Part shown: one piece after another, positions 1 through 7,160 of the stretch
Layout: every line of letters begins with the position of its first letter
Numbering within the stretch: the first letter of the stretch is position 1
Assembly (NCBI GenBank): GCA_016235875.1
Contig: JACRII010000057.1
Location: 1 to 17,121, forward strand
Source: Planctomycetota bacterium
Lineage (GTDB): Bacteria > Planctomycetota > Brocadiia > Brocadiales > Brocadiaceae
Direction: 5' to 3'
DNA: 17,121 nucleotides
Translations under genes and position numbers: made by a program
The notes under the pieces: model-generated
What the model saw: the letters and a program-made list of their open reading frames with translations, nothing else
What the model was told of the DNA's origin: nothing
Database searches by the model: none

Positions 1-293
1 GCACGGTCATCGTTATAGTGATACATATAGGGAGAAAAGGTATTTGGCTCAATCTTATGAAAGTCGGCAAGAAACGAAAAGACGTCTTCGACCTTAATAG
101 CGCCGTCCTGCGACGAGATGTAGAGTTCGACGCGGTTACAGGTCGATAAAATAACAATCTCTGCGTTTTGGTCTTGATATTTCTGGGAAAACAGAGATAA
201 GGCGTTATTGATACTATTGGGATTAAAAGCTAGTTTTTCCCTGACTTCTATCGGCGCTGATTTATGATTCAATCCTACAACAATAATACTCAT
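1..293 (-). CDS. hemA: Glutamyl-tRNA reductase, N-terminal part (gene continues beyond window start)
   Basis: My own translation of the minus strand from the ATG (reverse complement of 291-293) gives MSIIVVGLNHKSAPIEVREKLAF...AEIVILSTCNRVELYISS...FHKIEPNTFSPYMYHYNDDR. GxNHKxAPxxxRE and the STCNR catalytic-Cys motif are hallmark HemA N-terminal signatures. AAGGA lies 7 nt upstream of the ATG. The ORF is open to the window edge, so it is absent from the supplied ORF track. Confidence 0.9.
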   Translation of the reverse strand, partial: MSIIVVGLNHKSAPIEVREKLAFNPNSINNALSLFSQKYQDQNAEIVILSTCNRVELYISSQDGAIKVEDVFSFLADFHKIEPNTFSPYMYHYNDDR

Positions 294-340
294 AATCTAA
301 TCCTTAGCTCAAGCAAGCCGAAACAAAAACGTATAAAGTG

Positions 341-1297
341 TCACTGAACATTCAACAACTCAGTATGCGTTTGTTCGCTTACCTTCTGAAAGGCATGCTT
401 TGATCCCATAAAGAAGGTGCCAATAAAGGTAAAGAGTACCAGGCAAAAACCCACAATAGTCAAGCATGCGATCTTGGTGCCGTGAAATGATGCGATCAGA
501 CGCATATGCAGCAATGCCGCATATATCAACCAGGTTGCCAATCCTAAAATAACCTTATAATCAAGATACCACATCTCACCCAAAACATTTTGTGTCTTTA
601 CCCAAAATGTGCCAAATACAAGGCCAAGGGTGAGGAGCGGAAAGCCGAATGAAATCGTCTTCCACATCATCTTGTCAATCCCTTCGAGCGAAGGCAATTT
701 GTTAAAAAGAGAACCGAACAGTTTGTGTTTCAATTGCCTCTGCTGTGTCAAATACATGATGCTTAGACTAAATGATATAGTAAAGGCGGCATATCCCACG
801 AATATAGGAATGATGTGCGCTATGAGCCAGAAATTCTGAAGGCTTACGGTAATCAACAAATTTCCTCCGTCAAACGTAAGAGCCCATATTGAAAGCGCAG
901 TAACAACAGGCAATAAAAATGTGTCTAAAGATGGCAGCTTGTAAAGGTAGTCCAGATTTATGTAAACAAAGAGAATACACCATAGCAATGAGACGAAAGA
1001 CTCATACACGTTTGTTATGGGAATGTTGCCCGATTCAAGGCCCAGGAAAACAATAAAGCCGCTGTGGATGAAAAACCCCATCATCATTGTCCATTTGGCA
1101 ACTTTTTTATCAAAAACACCGGGCTTTACGATGTATCCGATTGACCAAACGGAAGATATAAAATACAAAATTATGGTAATGATAAAAGGGATATGAGACA
1201 TCTGTATCATAGTAAATACTGTAAGAAATAAATATTCATTAATCAATGAAAATTTCAAAACGTCCTGCTTTGCGTTTTTAGTTTTTTTAATTGACAA
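341..1297 (-). CDS. Polytopic membrane protein, cytochrome c assembly (CcsA/HemX-like) family
   Basis: 318-aa ORF with about 8 hydrophobic segments. TTG start (reverse complement of 1295-1297) is preceded by AAGGAG. The C-terminal stretch GEMWYLDYKVILGLATWLIYAALLHMR looks like a degenerate CcsA W-rich/His signature (WGxxWxWDPKE...TWLxYxxxLHxR). It lies 47 nt upstream of hemA on the same strand, a recurrent hemA neighbourhood. Confidence 0.65.
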   Translation of the reverse strand: MSIKKTKNAKQDVLKFSLINEYLFLTVFTMIQMSHIPFIITIILYFISSVWSIGYIVKPGVFDKKVAKWTMMMGFFIHSGFIVFLGLESGNIPITNVYESFVSLLWCILFVYINLDYLYKLPSLDTFLLPVVTALSIWALTFDGGNLLITVSLQNFWLIAHIIPIFVGYAAFTISFSLSIMYLTQQRQLKHKLFGSLFNKLPSLEGIDKMMWKTISFGFPLLTLGLVFGTFWVKTQNVLGEMWYLDYKVILGLATWLIYAALLHMRLIASFHGTKIACLTIVGFCLVLFTFIGTFFMGSKHAFQKVSEQTHTELLNVQ

Positions 1298-1372
1298 AAG
1301 CTCCTTTGTCCGATACCCTACATCGTAGTAAGGACATACTCATCTAATGATTCAAATAGGAGGTATGAGTTT

Positions 1373-1594
1373 ATGGCGGAAGAACTAAAAATAACAAAAA
1401 AAACCAGTATCGGAGATGTAATTAAGCAATATCCAGAGGCTGAGGCTGTAATAAAAAAATATTTCGGGGCAGGATGCTTTACCTGTCCGGGTTCAAAAAC
1501 GGAGGATATTGCCTTTGGCGCTACCATGCACAACATATCTCCCGATGTTATTATTAAAGAATTGAACGAGGTCATTAGTAAGAAAAAAGGGTAA
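1373..1594 (+). CDS. DUF1858-type small redox-disulfide (CxxC) protein
   Basis: 73 aa. AGGAGG at 1358-1363 lies 9 nt before the ATG. The sequence IGDVIKQYPEAEAVIKKYFGAGCFTCPGS...ATMHNISPDVIIKELNE fits the small hybrid-cluster-protein-associated redox disulfide / DUF1858 family, recognised from memory. Confidence 0.75.
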   Translation: MAEELKITKKTSIGDVIKQYPEAEAVIKKYFGAGCFTCPGSKTEDIAFGATMHNISPDVIIKELNEVISKKKG

Positions 1595-1618
1595 TATTTT
1601 CAGATAAGGAGAATTCAC

Positions 1619-1837
1619 ATGAAAGAGAGAATAGAAGAGGCATTGAAACATATCAGACCTGCACTGCAGGCGGATGGCGGCGATATAGAACTTGTAAGCG
1701 TAGAGGGGGGTGTTGTAAAGGTGCGTCTGAGAGGCGCCTGCGGATCCTGTCCCAGTGCATTGATGACGCTGAAATACGGCGTAGAGGAACGTCTCAAGGA
1801 AGAGATTCCTGAAGTAGAATCGGTAGAACTCGCATAG
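1619..1837 (+). CDS. NifU C-terminal domain (Nfu-like) Fe-S cluster scaffold/carrier protein
   Basis: 72 aa. AAGGAG at 1606-1611 lies 7 nt before the ATG. IRPALQADGGDIELVSVEGGVVKVRLRGACGSCPSALMTLKYGVEERL is the canonical Nfu/NifU C-terminal domain pattern, including its CxxC. Confidence 0.85.
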   Translation: MKERIEEALKHIRPALQADGGDIELVSVEGGVVKVRLRGACGSCPSALMTLKYGVEERLKEEIPEVESVELA

Positions 1838-1876
1838 TACATTTTATGTTTGATTTAAACACTGAGGAGTTTCTAA

Positions 1877-2554
1877 ATGAGTTTAGTATTGGGTCCAATC
1901 CATTATTGGATGTTTGGGAAAATAAAAACTACCGAGTCGAGAGAATCTGCCATAGTCTCTGCATTTAAAGAAAAGTACGGTGCAGATGCAGATAAAATAC
2001 TTGATCAGGTGTATAAGAAATATCCAAAAACGAACAATAACAAACCCCTTGAAGAATTGCTGGCCAATAAGTCAATACATCAGGGAATTCAAAGTCTCAT
2101 CGTAGAAGTAGAAACACGGGAAGCCGCAGTAGTTGCCGCCTTCTGTGCCAAATATCCTGATGCCGCAAAAGTAGCAGCAGAGGCCGCACATAAACATGGC
2201 ATTAGTTGTGGAAAAGAGGCCGTTAAAAGCAAAGGGCTGTCAGCGGCAGATTACAACAACACCTCGAAGGCATTTGAGATAATGGGTGACTTTCACAGCG
2301 ACGGAATGCCATGTGATCGTGGTGCACAGGTAGTATCGGAATCTGAAAAATGCACATCCTGGGATCACGAAAGCTGTGTCCATGAACCGTACTGGAAAAA
2401 TGCCGGTGCAAACTTTTTAACGATGTGCGATATTGTCAACGAATGGATTGCAGGATTCGGTGAGGGAGTAAATCCCAAAATCAGTTACAAACGTTCAAAA
2501 ACCCTTGCTGCAGGAGACCCCTCGTGTTTAGGTAGTTTCGAAATAAAGAAATAA
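1877..2554 (+). CDS. Hypothetical protein with Cys/His-rich C-terminal domain (function unknown; C-terminal ...TLAAGDPSCLGSFEI tail resembles ATC-hydrolase/V4R-type GDxxC endings)
   Basis: 225-aa ORF. GAGGAG at 1864-1869 lies 7 nt before the ATG. The stop is 2 nt before the next gene's ATG, so it is embedded in the operon. The C-terminal half carries C146, C159, C167, C184 and C217 plus several His. The family assignment is only a weak recollection. Confidence 0.6.
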   Translation: MSLVLGPIHYWMFGKIKTTESRESAIVSAFKEKYGADADKILDQVYKKYPKTNNNKPLEELLANKSIHQGIQSLIVEVETREAAVVAAFCAKYPDAAKVAAEAAHKHGISCGKEAVKSKGLSAADYNNTSKAFEIMGDFHSDGMPCDRGAQVVSESEKCTSWDHESCVHEPYWKNAGANFLTMCDIVNEWIAGFGEGVNPKISYKRSKTLAAGDPSCLGSFEIKK

Positions 2555-2556
2555 GC

Positions 2557-3582
2557 ATGTCAGATCGTTATGCACGGCAGGTACTGTTCTACGGCATAGG
2601 TAATGAAGGCCAAAAGATACTTATGGAGAAGACTGCCGTGCTCGTTGGCTGCGGCGCATTGGGCTGTACTTCAGCAAATCTTCTCGTCCGCAGCGGAATC
2701 AAATGTCTCAAGATTGTTGACCGTGATTTTATCGAAGAAAGCAACCTGCAGCGCCAATCCTTATTTGACGAAGAAGATATAAACAAAAACCTCCCAAAAG
2801 CTGTTGCCGCACAAAAGAAACTTCAGAAAGTTAATTCCCAAATACAGATCGAGGCAATTGTTGTTGACCTCAGCCCATCCAATATTGAAACTATTCTGGA
2901 GAGCGCAAATATCGTTATCGATGGAACTGATAATTTTGAGTCACGCTTTCTCATCAATGATTATTGTGTGAAACACGGGATACCTTGGATTTACGGGGCT
3001 TGCATTGGGAGTATGGGTTTAACCATGAACATTATTCCATCAAAAACTCCCTGTCTCCGATGTGTACTCGACACTATTCCACCTTTTGGCACGACTGAGA
3101 CATGCGACACAGCAGGAATTATCGCACCCATTGCCAGTATGATTGCCTCTATTCAGGCAGCGGAAGCGCTAAAAATATTAACAGGGAATTACGATGCCTT
3201 GAGTAAAGGGCTTTTGAAGATAGACCTCTGGCATAACGAAATTAAAAAGCTGCATACCGATGATATTCGGGAGAAATCCGATTGTATAGCGTGCAAACTA
3301 CACCAGTATGAATTCCTGTCCAAAGATAGGTATTCAATGACAATCTCCCTGTGCGGCAGAAATGCCATACAAATTTTACACCCTAACGGATCGAATCTTG
3401 ATCTGGCGAAACTTGCAGAACGATTAGAGCATGTGGGTGAAGTGTCTTTTAACCGCTTTCTTTTACGGCTGAAAATAGACATATATGAGTTAACGGTATT
3501 TCCAGATGGACGATTAATTATTACCGGTACTAACGATGCCGCTGTGGCAAAGGGACTTTATGCAAAATATATAGGAATGTAA
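2557..3582 (+). CDS. ThiF/MoeB/HesA-family E1-like adenylyltransferase with C-terminal extension
   Basis: 341 aa. N-terminus is RYARQVLFYGIGNEGQKIL, followed by the nucleotide-binding loop VLVGCGALGC. Also present are DRDFIEESNLQRQ and the two CxxC pairs (PCLRC and DCIAC) that form the structural Zn site in MoeB/ThiF. About 90 extra residues follow the second CxxC. Confidence 0.85.
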   Translation: MSDRYARQVLFYGIGNEGQKILMEKTAVLVGCGALGCTSANLLVRSGIKCLKIVDRDFIEESNLQRQSLFDEEDINKNLPKAVAAQKKLQKVNSQIQIEAIVVDLSPSNIETILESANIVIDGTDNFESRFLINDYCVKHGIPWIYGACIGSMGLTMNIIPSKTPCLRCVLDTIPPFGTTETCDTAGIIAPIASMIASIQAAEALKILTGNYDALSKGLLKIDLWHNEIKKLHTDDIREKSDCIACKLHQYEFLSKDRYSMTISLCGRNAIQILHPNGSNLDLAKLAERLEHVGEVSFNRFLLRLKIDIYELTVFPDGRLIITGTNDAAVAKGLYAKYIGM

Positions 3583-3583
3583 T

Positions 3584-4732
3584 ATGAACTATCTCGATAA
3601 TGCAGCAACAACGTTTCCAAAACCAGAAATTGTATATAAAACAATGGACACCTTTTACCGAACACTGGGCGCAAACCCTGGACGGTCAGGTCACAAGATG
3701 GCAGTAGCGGCAGAAAAGGAAATTGAAGATACCCGTGCGGTTGTCACGAAATTATTAGGTATCAAGAATAGTAATCAATTTGTTTTTACCTTTAATGCAA
3801 CCGACGCCATAAACATGGGGATTAAAGGTTTACTCAAACCCGGAGACCATGCCATTACCACTTATCTCGAACACAACGCCGTATCCCGCGCACTCCATGG
3901 ACTAGAGAAAAGAAAAATAATTACTGTAACCAAAGTAAAAAATTCTCAGGACGGCTTTATTGAACCAGATGATATCAAGAATGCCATCACGCCCAGAACA
4001 CGTTTGATTGTTATGGCGCATGCACCCAATGTCATCGGTACGATCCAGCCCATCCAGGAGATTGGCAGGATCGCAAGAGAAAAGAACGTCATATTTATGG
4101 TAGATGCCGCCCAAACTACCGGTGTGTGTGAAATTGACGTTAACCAATGCTTTATCGATATGCTCGCTTTCACAGGACACAAAGGTCCGCTGGGCCCAAC
4201 TGGAACGGGGGGGTTGTATGTGGGAGAAGGGGTAAACCTTGAACCGTGGAGGGAAGGGGGGACAGGTTTTGAACCGGCCTCATTATCCCAGCCGGAAGAA
4301 CTACCTTTCAAGCTGGAGAGTGGCACACCAAATACCGTCGGTATCGCAGGACTCAGGGCAGGGGTAGAATATGTTCTATCCAGAGGAATTCAGACGATCA
4401 GAAAACATGAACAAAAATTAACCGGCAAACTCATAAACGCTTTAAAGGATGACCGGCGATTCATTTTGTACGGAACTACGGATATTTCCAAAAAGGTTGG
4501 TATCCTCTCCATAAATATCAAAGGATTTAAGCCCGCAGAAGTCGGCGCCATTCTTGATCAATCCTTTGACATTGCCGTTCGCACTGGTCTCCACTGCGCT
4601 CCCTTTGCGCATCAGGTGTTGGGCACGTTTCCAGACGGTACTGTCAGAGTCAGTCCGGGATGTTTCAATACAGAAGCGGACGTAAACCAACTCATAACCG
4701 CACTGGATAAAATCGCAAGTGAAAAAATATAA
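3584..4732 (+). CDS. Cysteine desulfurase family protein (class V PLP aminotransferase fold)
   Basis: 382 aa. The ATG is 1 nt after the upstream TAA. The N-terminus YLDNAATTFPKP, the PLP-lysine context AFTGHKGPLGPTGTGGLY, and the C-terminal RTGLHCAP (catalytic-Cys loop) are typical of the NifS/CsdA-like family. Confidence 0.85.
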   Translation: MNYLDNAATTFPKPEIVYKTMDTFYRTLGANPGRSGHKMAVAAEKEIEDTRAVVTKLLGIKNSNQFVFTFNATDAINMGIKGLLKPGDHAITTYLEHNAVSRALHGLEKRKIITVTKVKNSQDGFIEPDDIKNAITPRTRLIVMAHAPNVIGTIQPIQEIGRIAREKNVIFMVDAAQTTGVCEIDVNQCFIDMLAFTGHKGPLGPTGTGGLYVGEGVNLEPWREGGTGFEPASLSQPEELPFKLESGTPNTVGIAGLRAGVEYVLSRGIQTIRKHEQKLTGKLINALKDDRRFILYGTTDISKKVGILSINIKGFKPAEVGAILDQSFDIAVRTGLHCAPFAHQVLGTFPDGTVRVSPGCFNTEADVNQLITALDKIASEKI

Positions 4733-4752
4733 TTAAATATTCCATCTATATT

Positions 4753-4929
4753 ATGTACTGCAGATACGAAAATCGTGGGCGTTGTGAATTGAACAAGAAA
4801 GAGTGCGTTCCCACTTCAAAGGGATGCGTTATAAAAACCGTTCCGGGTGTTACATTGATTGGTGATACAAAAAAGCAGTCACCCAAAAAAGACGACATAT
4901 CAGTTAAGAATAAACAATCGAGTCATTAA
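4753..4929 (+). CDS. Possible small Cys-rich protein (58 aa), below the ORF-track length cutoff
   Basis: My own translation gives MYCRYENRGRCELNKKECVPTSKGCVIKTVPGVTLIGDTKKQSPKKDDISVKNKQSSH. Four Cys are regularly spaced (C3, C11, C18, C25). The ATG is 20 nt after the desulfurase stop. No SD is visible. The 3' end overlaps the convergent queC by 26 nt. Confidence 0.25.
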   Translation: MYCRYENRGRCELNKKECVPTSKGCVIKTVPGVTLIGDTKKQSPKKDDISVKNKQSSH

Positions 4930-5575
4930 TACCTGCTTCTTTAAAGGCCTTTAACCGTAGGAAACAGCTATGACATACGCCGCAGGCTTTATCCGTGTTT
5001 TTGTAACACGACCAGCTCAGGTGGAAGGGGGCATTTAAAGAAATGCCCATTTTCACAATCTCTGATTTGCTTTTGCTAATGAGCGGGGTTTCCACCTCGA
5101 TGCATGTTGTGGGTTTCGTCCCTGCCTTGATAAGTTTGTTAAAGGTTTCATAATAAATTGGCCTACAATCGGGATAACCAGGGCTGTCCTGTTCCACAGC
5201 GCCAATAAATACCTTCTTCGCCCCAATAACCTCTCCCCAGGAAACGGCAATGGTCAAAAAAAGCGTGTTTCGAAAGGGGACATATGAGGTGGGAATTTCT
5301 TTGCTGTTTAACTGTGCATCCTGAACGGTCATGCTCAAATCCGTTAGACTCGAACCACCAATCTTGCCCAAATAATCAATGTTAGATATGAGAATCCTTT
5401 CTTCTGGAATGTTGTAGAATGCTGCAATATCCCGAAAAGCCATAAGCTCCCGCGATTCTGTGCGCTGATTGTAGTTAACGTGTAAGAGCGCAATCTGGTA
5501 TTGTGTATTCGCAATAGCCGCAGTTACACAGCTATCCATTCCACCGCTTACCAGTACTATAGCTAATTCTTTCAT
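4904..5575 (-). CDS. queC: 7-cyano-7-deazaguanine synthase
   Basis: 223 aa. The N-terminal PP-loop is AIVLVSGGMDSCV, and the C-terminal Zn-binding cysteine cluster is SWSCY...CGVCHSCFLR. Both are diagnostic of QueC. Confidence 0.92.
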   Translation of the reverse strand: MKELAIVLVSGGMDSCVTAAIANTQYQIALLHVNYNQRTESRELMAFRDIAAFYNIPEERILISNIDYLGKIGGSSLTDLSMTVQDAQLNSKEIPTSYVPFRNTLFLTIAVSWGEVIGAKKVFIGAVEQDSPGYPDCRPIYYETFNKLIKAGTKPTTCIEVETPLISKSKSEIVKMGISLNAPFHLSWSCYKNTDKACGVCHSCFLRLKAFKEAGINDSIVYS

Positions 5576-5634
5576 GGAAAATTTATCTCACCGCTTCCTT
5601 TGCGTTCTCTGCGTCTTTGCGGTAAATATCTATT

Positions 5635-6270
5635 TTAAACTCCTCTTGTTTGTGGCTCCCAGATATATTTATGGAGTTGGAGCTGAAATCGCACATCGAG
5701 ATTATCTTCCAAAATCCATTGAACAACCGTTTTAGGAGAAATTTTGCCAAAGGCGGTTCCTACTAGTACTCTGGCAATTTTGGGTAAATTATATTTCTGA
5801 ATTACGGCCTTCGTCCAGTCATAATCATTCCGTGAACTTAAAACGAATTTCACCTCATCCAGCTTGGCCAGATAGTCGATATTTTGCCAGTTCATTAGAT
5901 GACTCATATTGCTGTCAGGACACTTGATATCCATAATTTTAATGGCTTTTTGAGGTATCGTGCGGATGTCGTAACTCCCGTTCGTTTCGACTAAAACAGT
6001 GTAATTTTTATTCAGTAACGCTTCAAGTAAAAACGGCGTGTCATTATTTGACAGCGGTTCACCTCCAGTAACACAGACTATTTTAGTCTTGAATCTGGCA
6101 ATGCATTCAAGAATAGTACTCAAGGACATTTCATTCCCTTCATCATAGGCGTAAGTGGTATCACAGTAGCTGCAACGTAAATTACAACCCGTTACACGTA
6201 TGAAGGCGCAAGGGAGGCCGGCGTAAGATGTCTCTCCTTGAATACTCTTAAAGATTTCGTTAATTTTCAT
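5635..6270 (-). CDS. queE: 7-carboxy-7-deazaguanine synthase (radical SAM)
   Basis: 211 aa. INEIFKSIQGETSYAGLPCAFIRVTGCNLRCSYCDTTYAY is the QueE N-terminus with the CxxxCxxC-type cluster motif. It sits directly upstream of queC on the same strand. Confidence 0.9.
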   Translation of the reverse strand: MKINEIFKSIQGETSYAGLPCAFIRVTGCNLRCSYCDTTYAYDEGNEMSLSTILECIARFKTKIVCVTGGEPLSNNDTPFLLEALLNKNYTVLVETNGSYDIRTIPQKAIKIMDIKCPDSNMSHLMNWQNIDYLAKLDEVKFVLSSRNDYDWTKAVIQKYNLPKIARVLVGTAFGKISPKTVVQWILEDNLDVRFQLQLHKYIWEPQTRGV

Positions 6271-6416
6271 AGGTTTTAATTTTATTAAATATGTGGGAGT
6301 AAAGCAAGCTCTGTAATACGGTATATTTAAGTTAGGAAAAAATATTTATTGAATAATTCCATTAATTATGAGATATTATTGTACAAAACGGGGCAACGAG
6401 ATTCTTCACGGAGTTT

Positions 6417-6470
6417 ACCCTGAGCAAAATTAGACCCTTCGCGCTGCTCAGGGTGACAAAGACGAAGGGT
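6417..6470. other. Interleaved inverted repeats (a-b-a'-b' order, H-type pseudoknot topology) in an intergenic spacer
   Basis: ACCCTGAGCA (6417-6426) is the perfect reverse complement of TGCTCAGGGT (6445-6454). ACCCTTCG (6434-6441) is the perfect reverse complement of CGAAGGGT (6463-6470). The 5' arm of the second stem lies in the loop of the first, and the 3' arm of the first lies in the loop of the second. Confidence 0.6.
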
Positions 6471-6528
6471 TCATAATAAATATAACTATTACCCTGCGGA
6501 TATTTTCGATACAAGAAAGGGAGGAATT

Positions 6529-7140
6529 ATGGCAACAATTTTGAAAGAAGATATTTTACGTAGGAAAAATAAGGAAACCAGCAGCAAAGAAAAGGTCGAC
6601 AAGATAATGAGCACGATAGTTGCACCACCCGTGCAATCGAACCTGCCAAAATCAGAAAGTAAAGAAAGCAAGCCAACCTCAGAAACAGTAAAACCTGCAG
6701 AAAGTACCGCAAGGCAGCATATCCTCAGCAGCGAAATATTGATAGAAGGAGAGTGTTCATCTGAACTTGACGAGATCAGAAACAGGCTTTTAAAAGAATT
6801 AAAACCTTCCGGTGAAATAGAATCAATTCTTGTGGATCGCATCGTTTCTGGTGTTTGGCGATTGAAACGGTGTTTGAAGATTGAAAGCCAGATAATAGAG
6901 TTTGAGTCGTCCGGCATTCAGGAGTACGAGCAAGGATTTTTTAGGACTAGAAAGAGAACAAATAAAGAACTGTCTCAATTAAGGGCTTTAAAAATAACTG
7001 AAGGTAAAAACAGGCTTGAGGAATTATCCAAATATGAAACCATCTTGGAAAGACAAATATATAAGGCATTAAGTGTACTGGATAAACTCAGACAAAATGG
7101 ATCAGTATCAGAAAAGAGGGTGTCAAGGAAGGCAAAATAG
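6529..7140 (+). CDS. Hypothetical protein (Ser/Lys/Glu-rich N-terminus, helical/coiled C-terminal half)
   Basis: 203-aa ORF. A strong SD (GGGAGG at 6517-6522) lies 6 nt before the ATG. I recognise no family. It contains the pattern SGEIESILVDRIVSGVWRLKRCLKIES. Long non-coding spacers flank it on both sides. Confidence 0.7.
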   Translation: MATILKEDILRRKNKETSSKEKVDKIMSTIVAPPVQSNLPKSESKESKPTSETVKPAESTARQHILSSEILIEGECSSELDEIRNRLLKELKPSGEIESILVDRIVSGVWRLKRCLKIESQIIEFESSGIQEYEQGFFRTRKRTNKELSQLRALKITEGKNRLEELSKYETILERQIYKALSVLDKLRQNGSVSEKRVSRKAK

Positions 7141-7160
7141 GTGTGTTGCGTTTTGGACAG

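Noticed and set aside
609-839. 76-aa plus-strand ORF inside the CcsA-like gene
   Set aside because: It lies entirely antisense to a 318-aa membrane-protein ORF with a coherent hydrophobic pattern. It has no SD and a Cys/Arg-rich, junk-like composition. It is a shadow ORF.
1318-1842. Minus-strand ORFs 1318-1575 (85 aa) and 1615-1842 (75 aa)
   Set aside because: They run antisense to the DUF1858 and NifU-like genes, which have clear family motifs and strong SDs. Their Ser/Pro/Thr-rich translations are typical of the reverse frame of real genes.
4201-4262. Cluster of G-runs (G7, G3, G4, G3, G6) that could form a G-quadruplex on the coding strand
   Set aside because: It lies inside the desulfurase CDS and is explained by the conserved Gly-rich peptide GPTGTGGLYVGEGVNLEPWREGGTG with GGG/GGA codons. 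There is no independent evidence of a structural role.
3902-4326. Minus-strand ORFs of 92 aa and 126 aa (Pro/Ser/Gly-rich) inside the cysteine desulfurase gene
   Set aside because: The plus-strand frame carries the PLP-Lys and catalytic-Cys motifs of a class V enzyme. The antisense ORFs have low-complexity composition and no start context.
6271-6345. Search for a preQ1 riboswitch in the queE leader (minus strand)
   Set aside because: The minus-strand leader ...CAGAGCTTGCTTTACTCCCACATATTTAATAAAATTAAAACCT-ATG has an A-rich tail, but I could pair only about 3 bp for a P1 stem. There is no CTA..GG element overlapping an SD as in preQ1-I. It is not supportable without a covariance-model scan.
6489-6917. 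142-aa and 61-aa minus-strand ORFs overlapping the 203-aa gene
   Set aside because: The plus-strand ORF has a strong GGGAGG SD at ideal spacing. The antisense ORFs have Ser/Leu/Phe-rich mirror composition and no SD.
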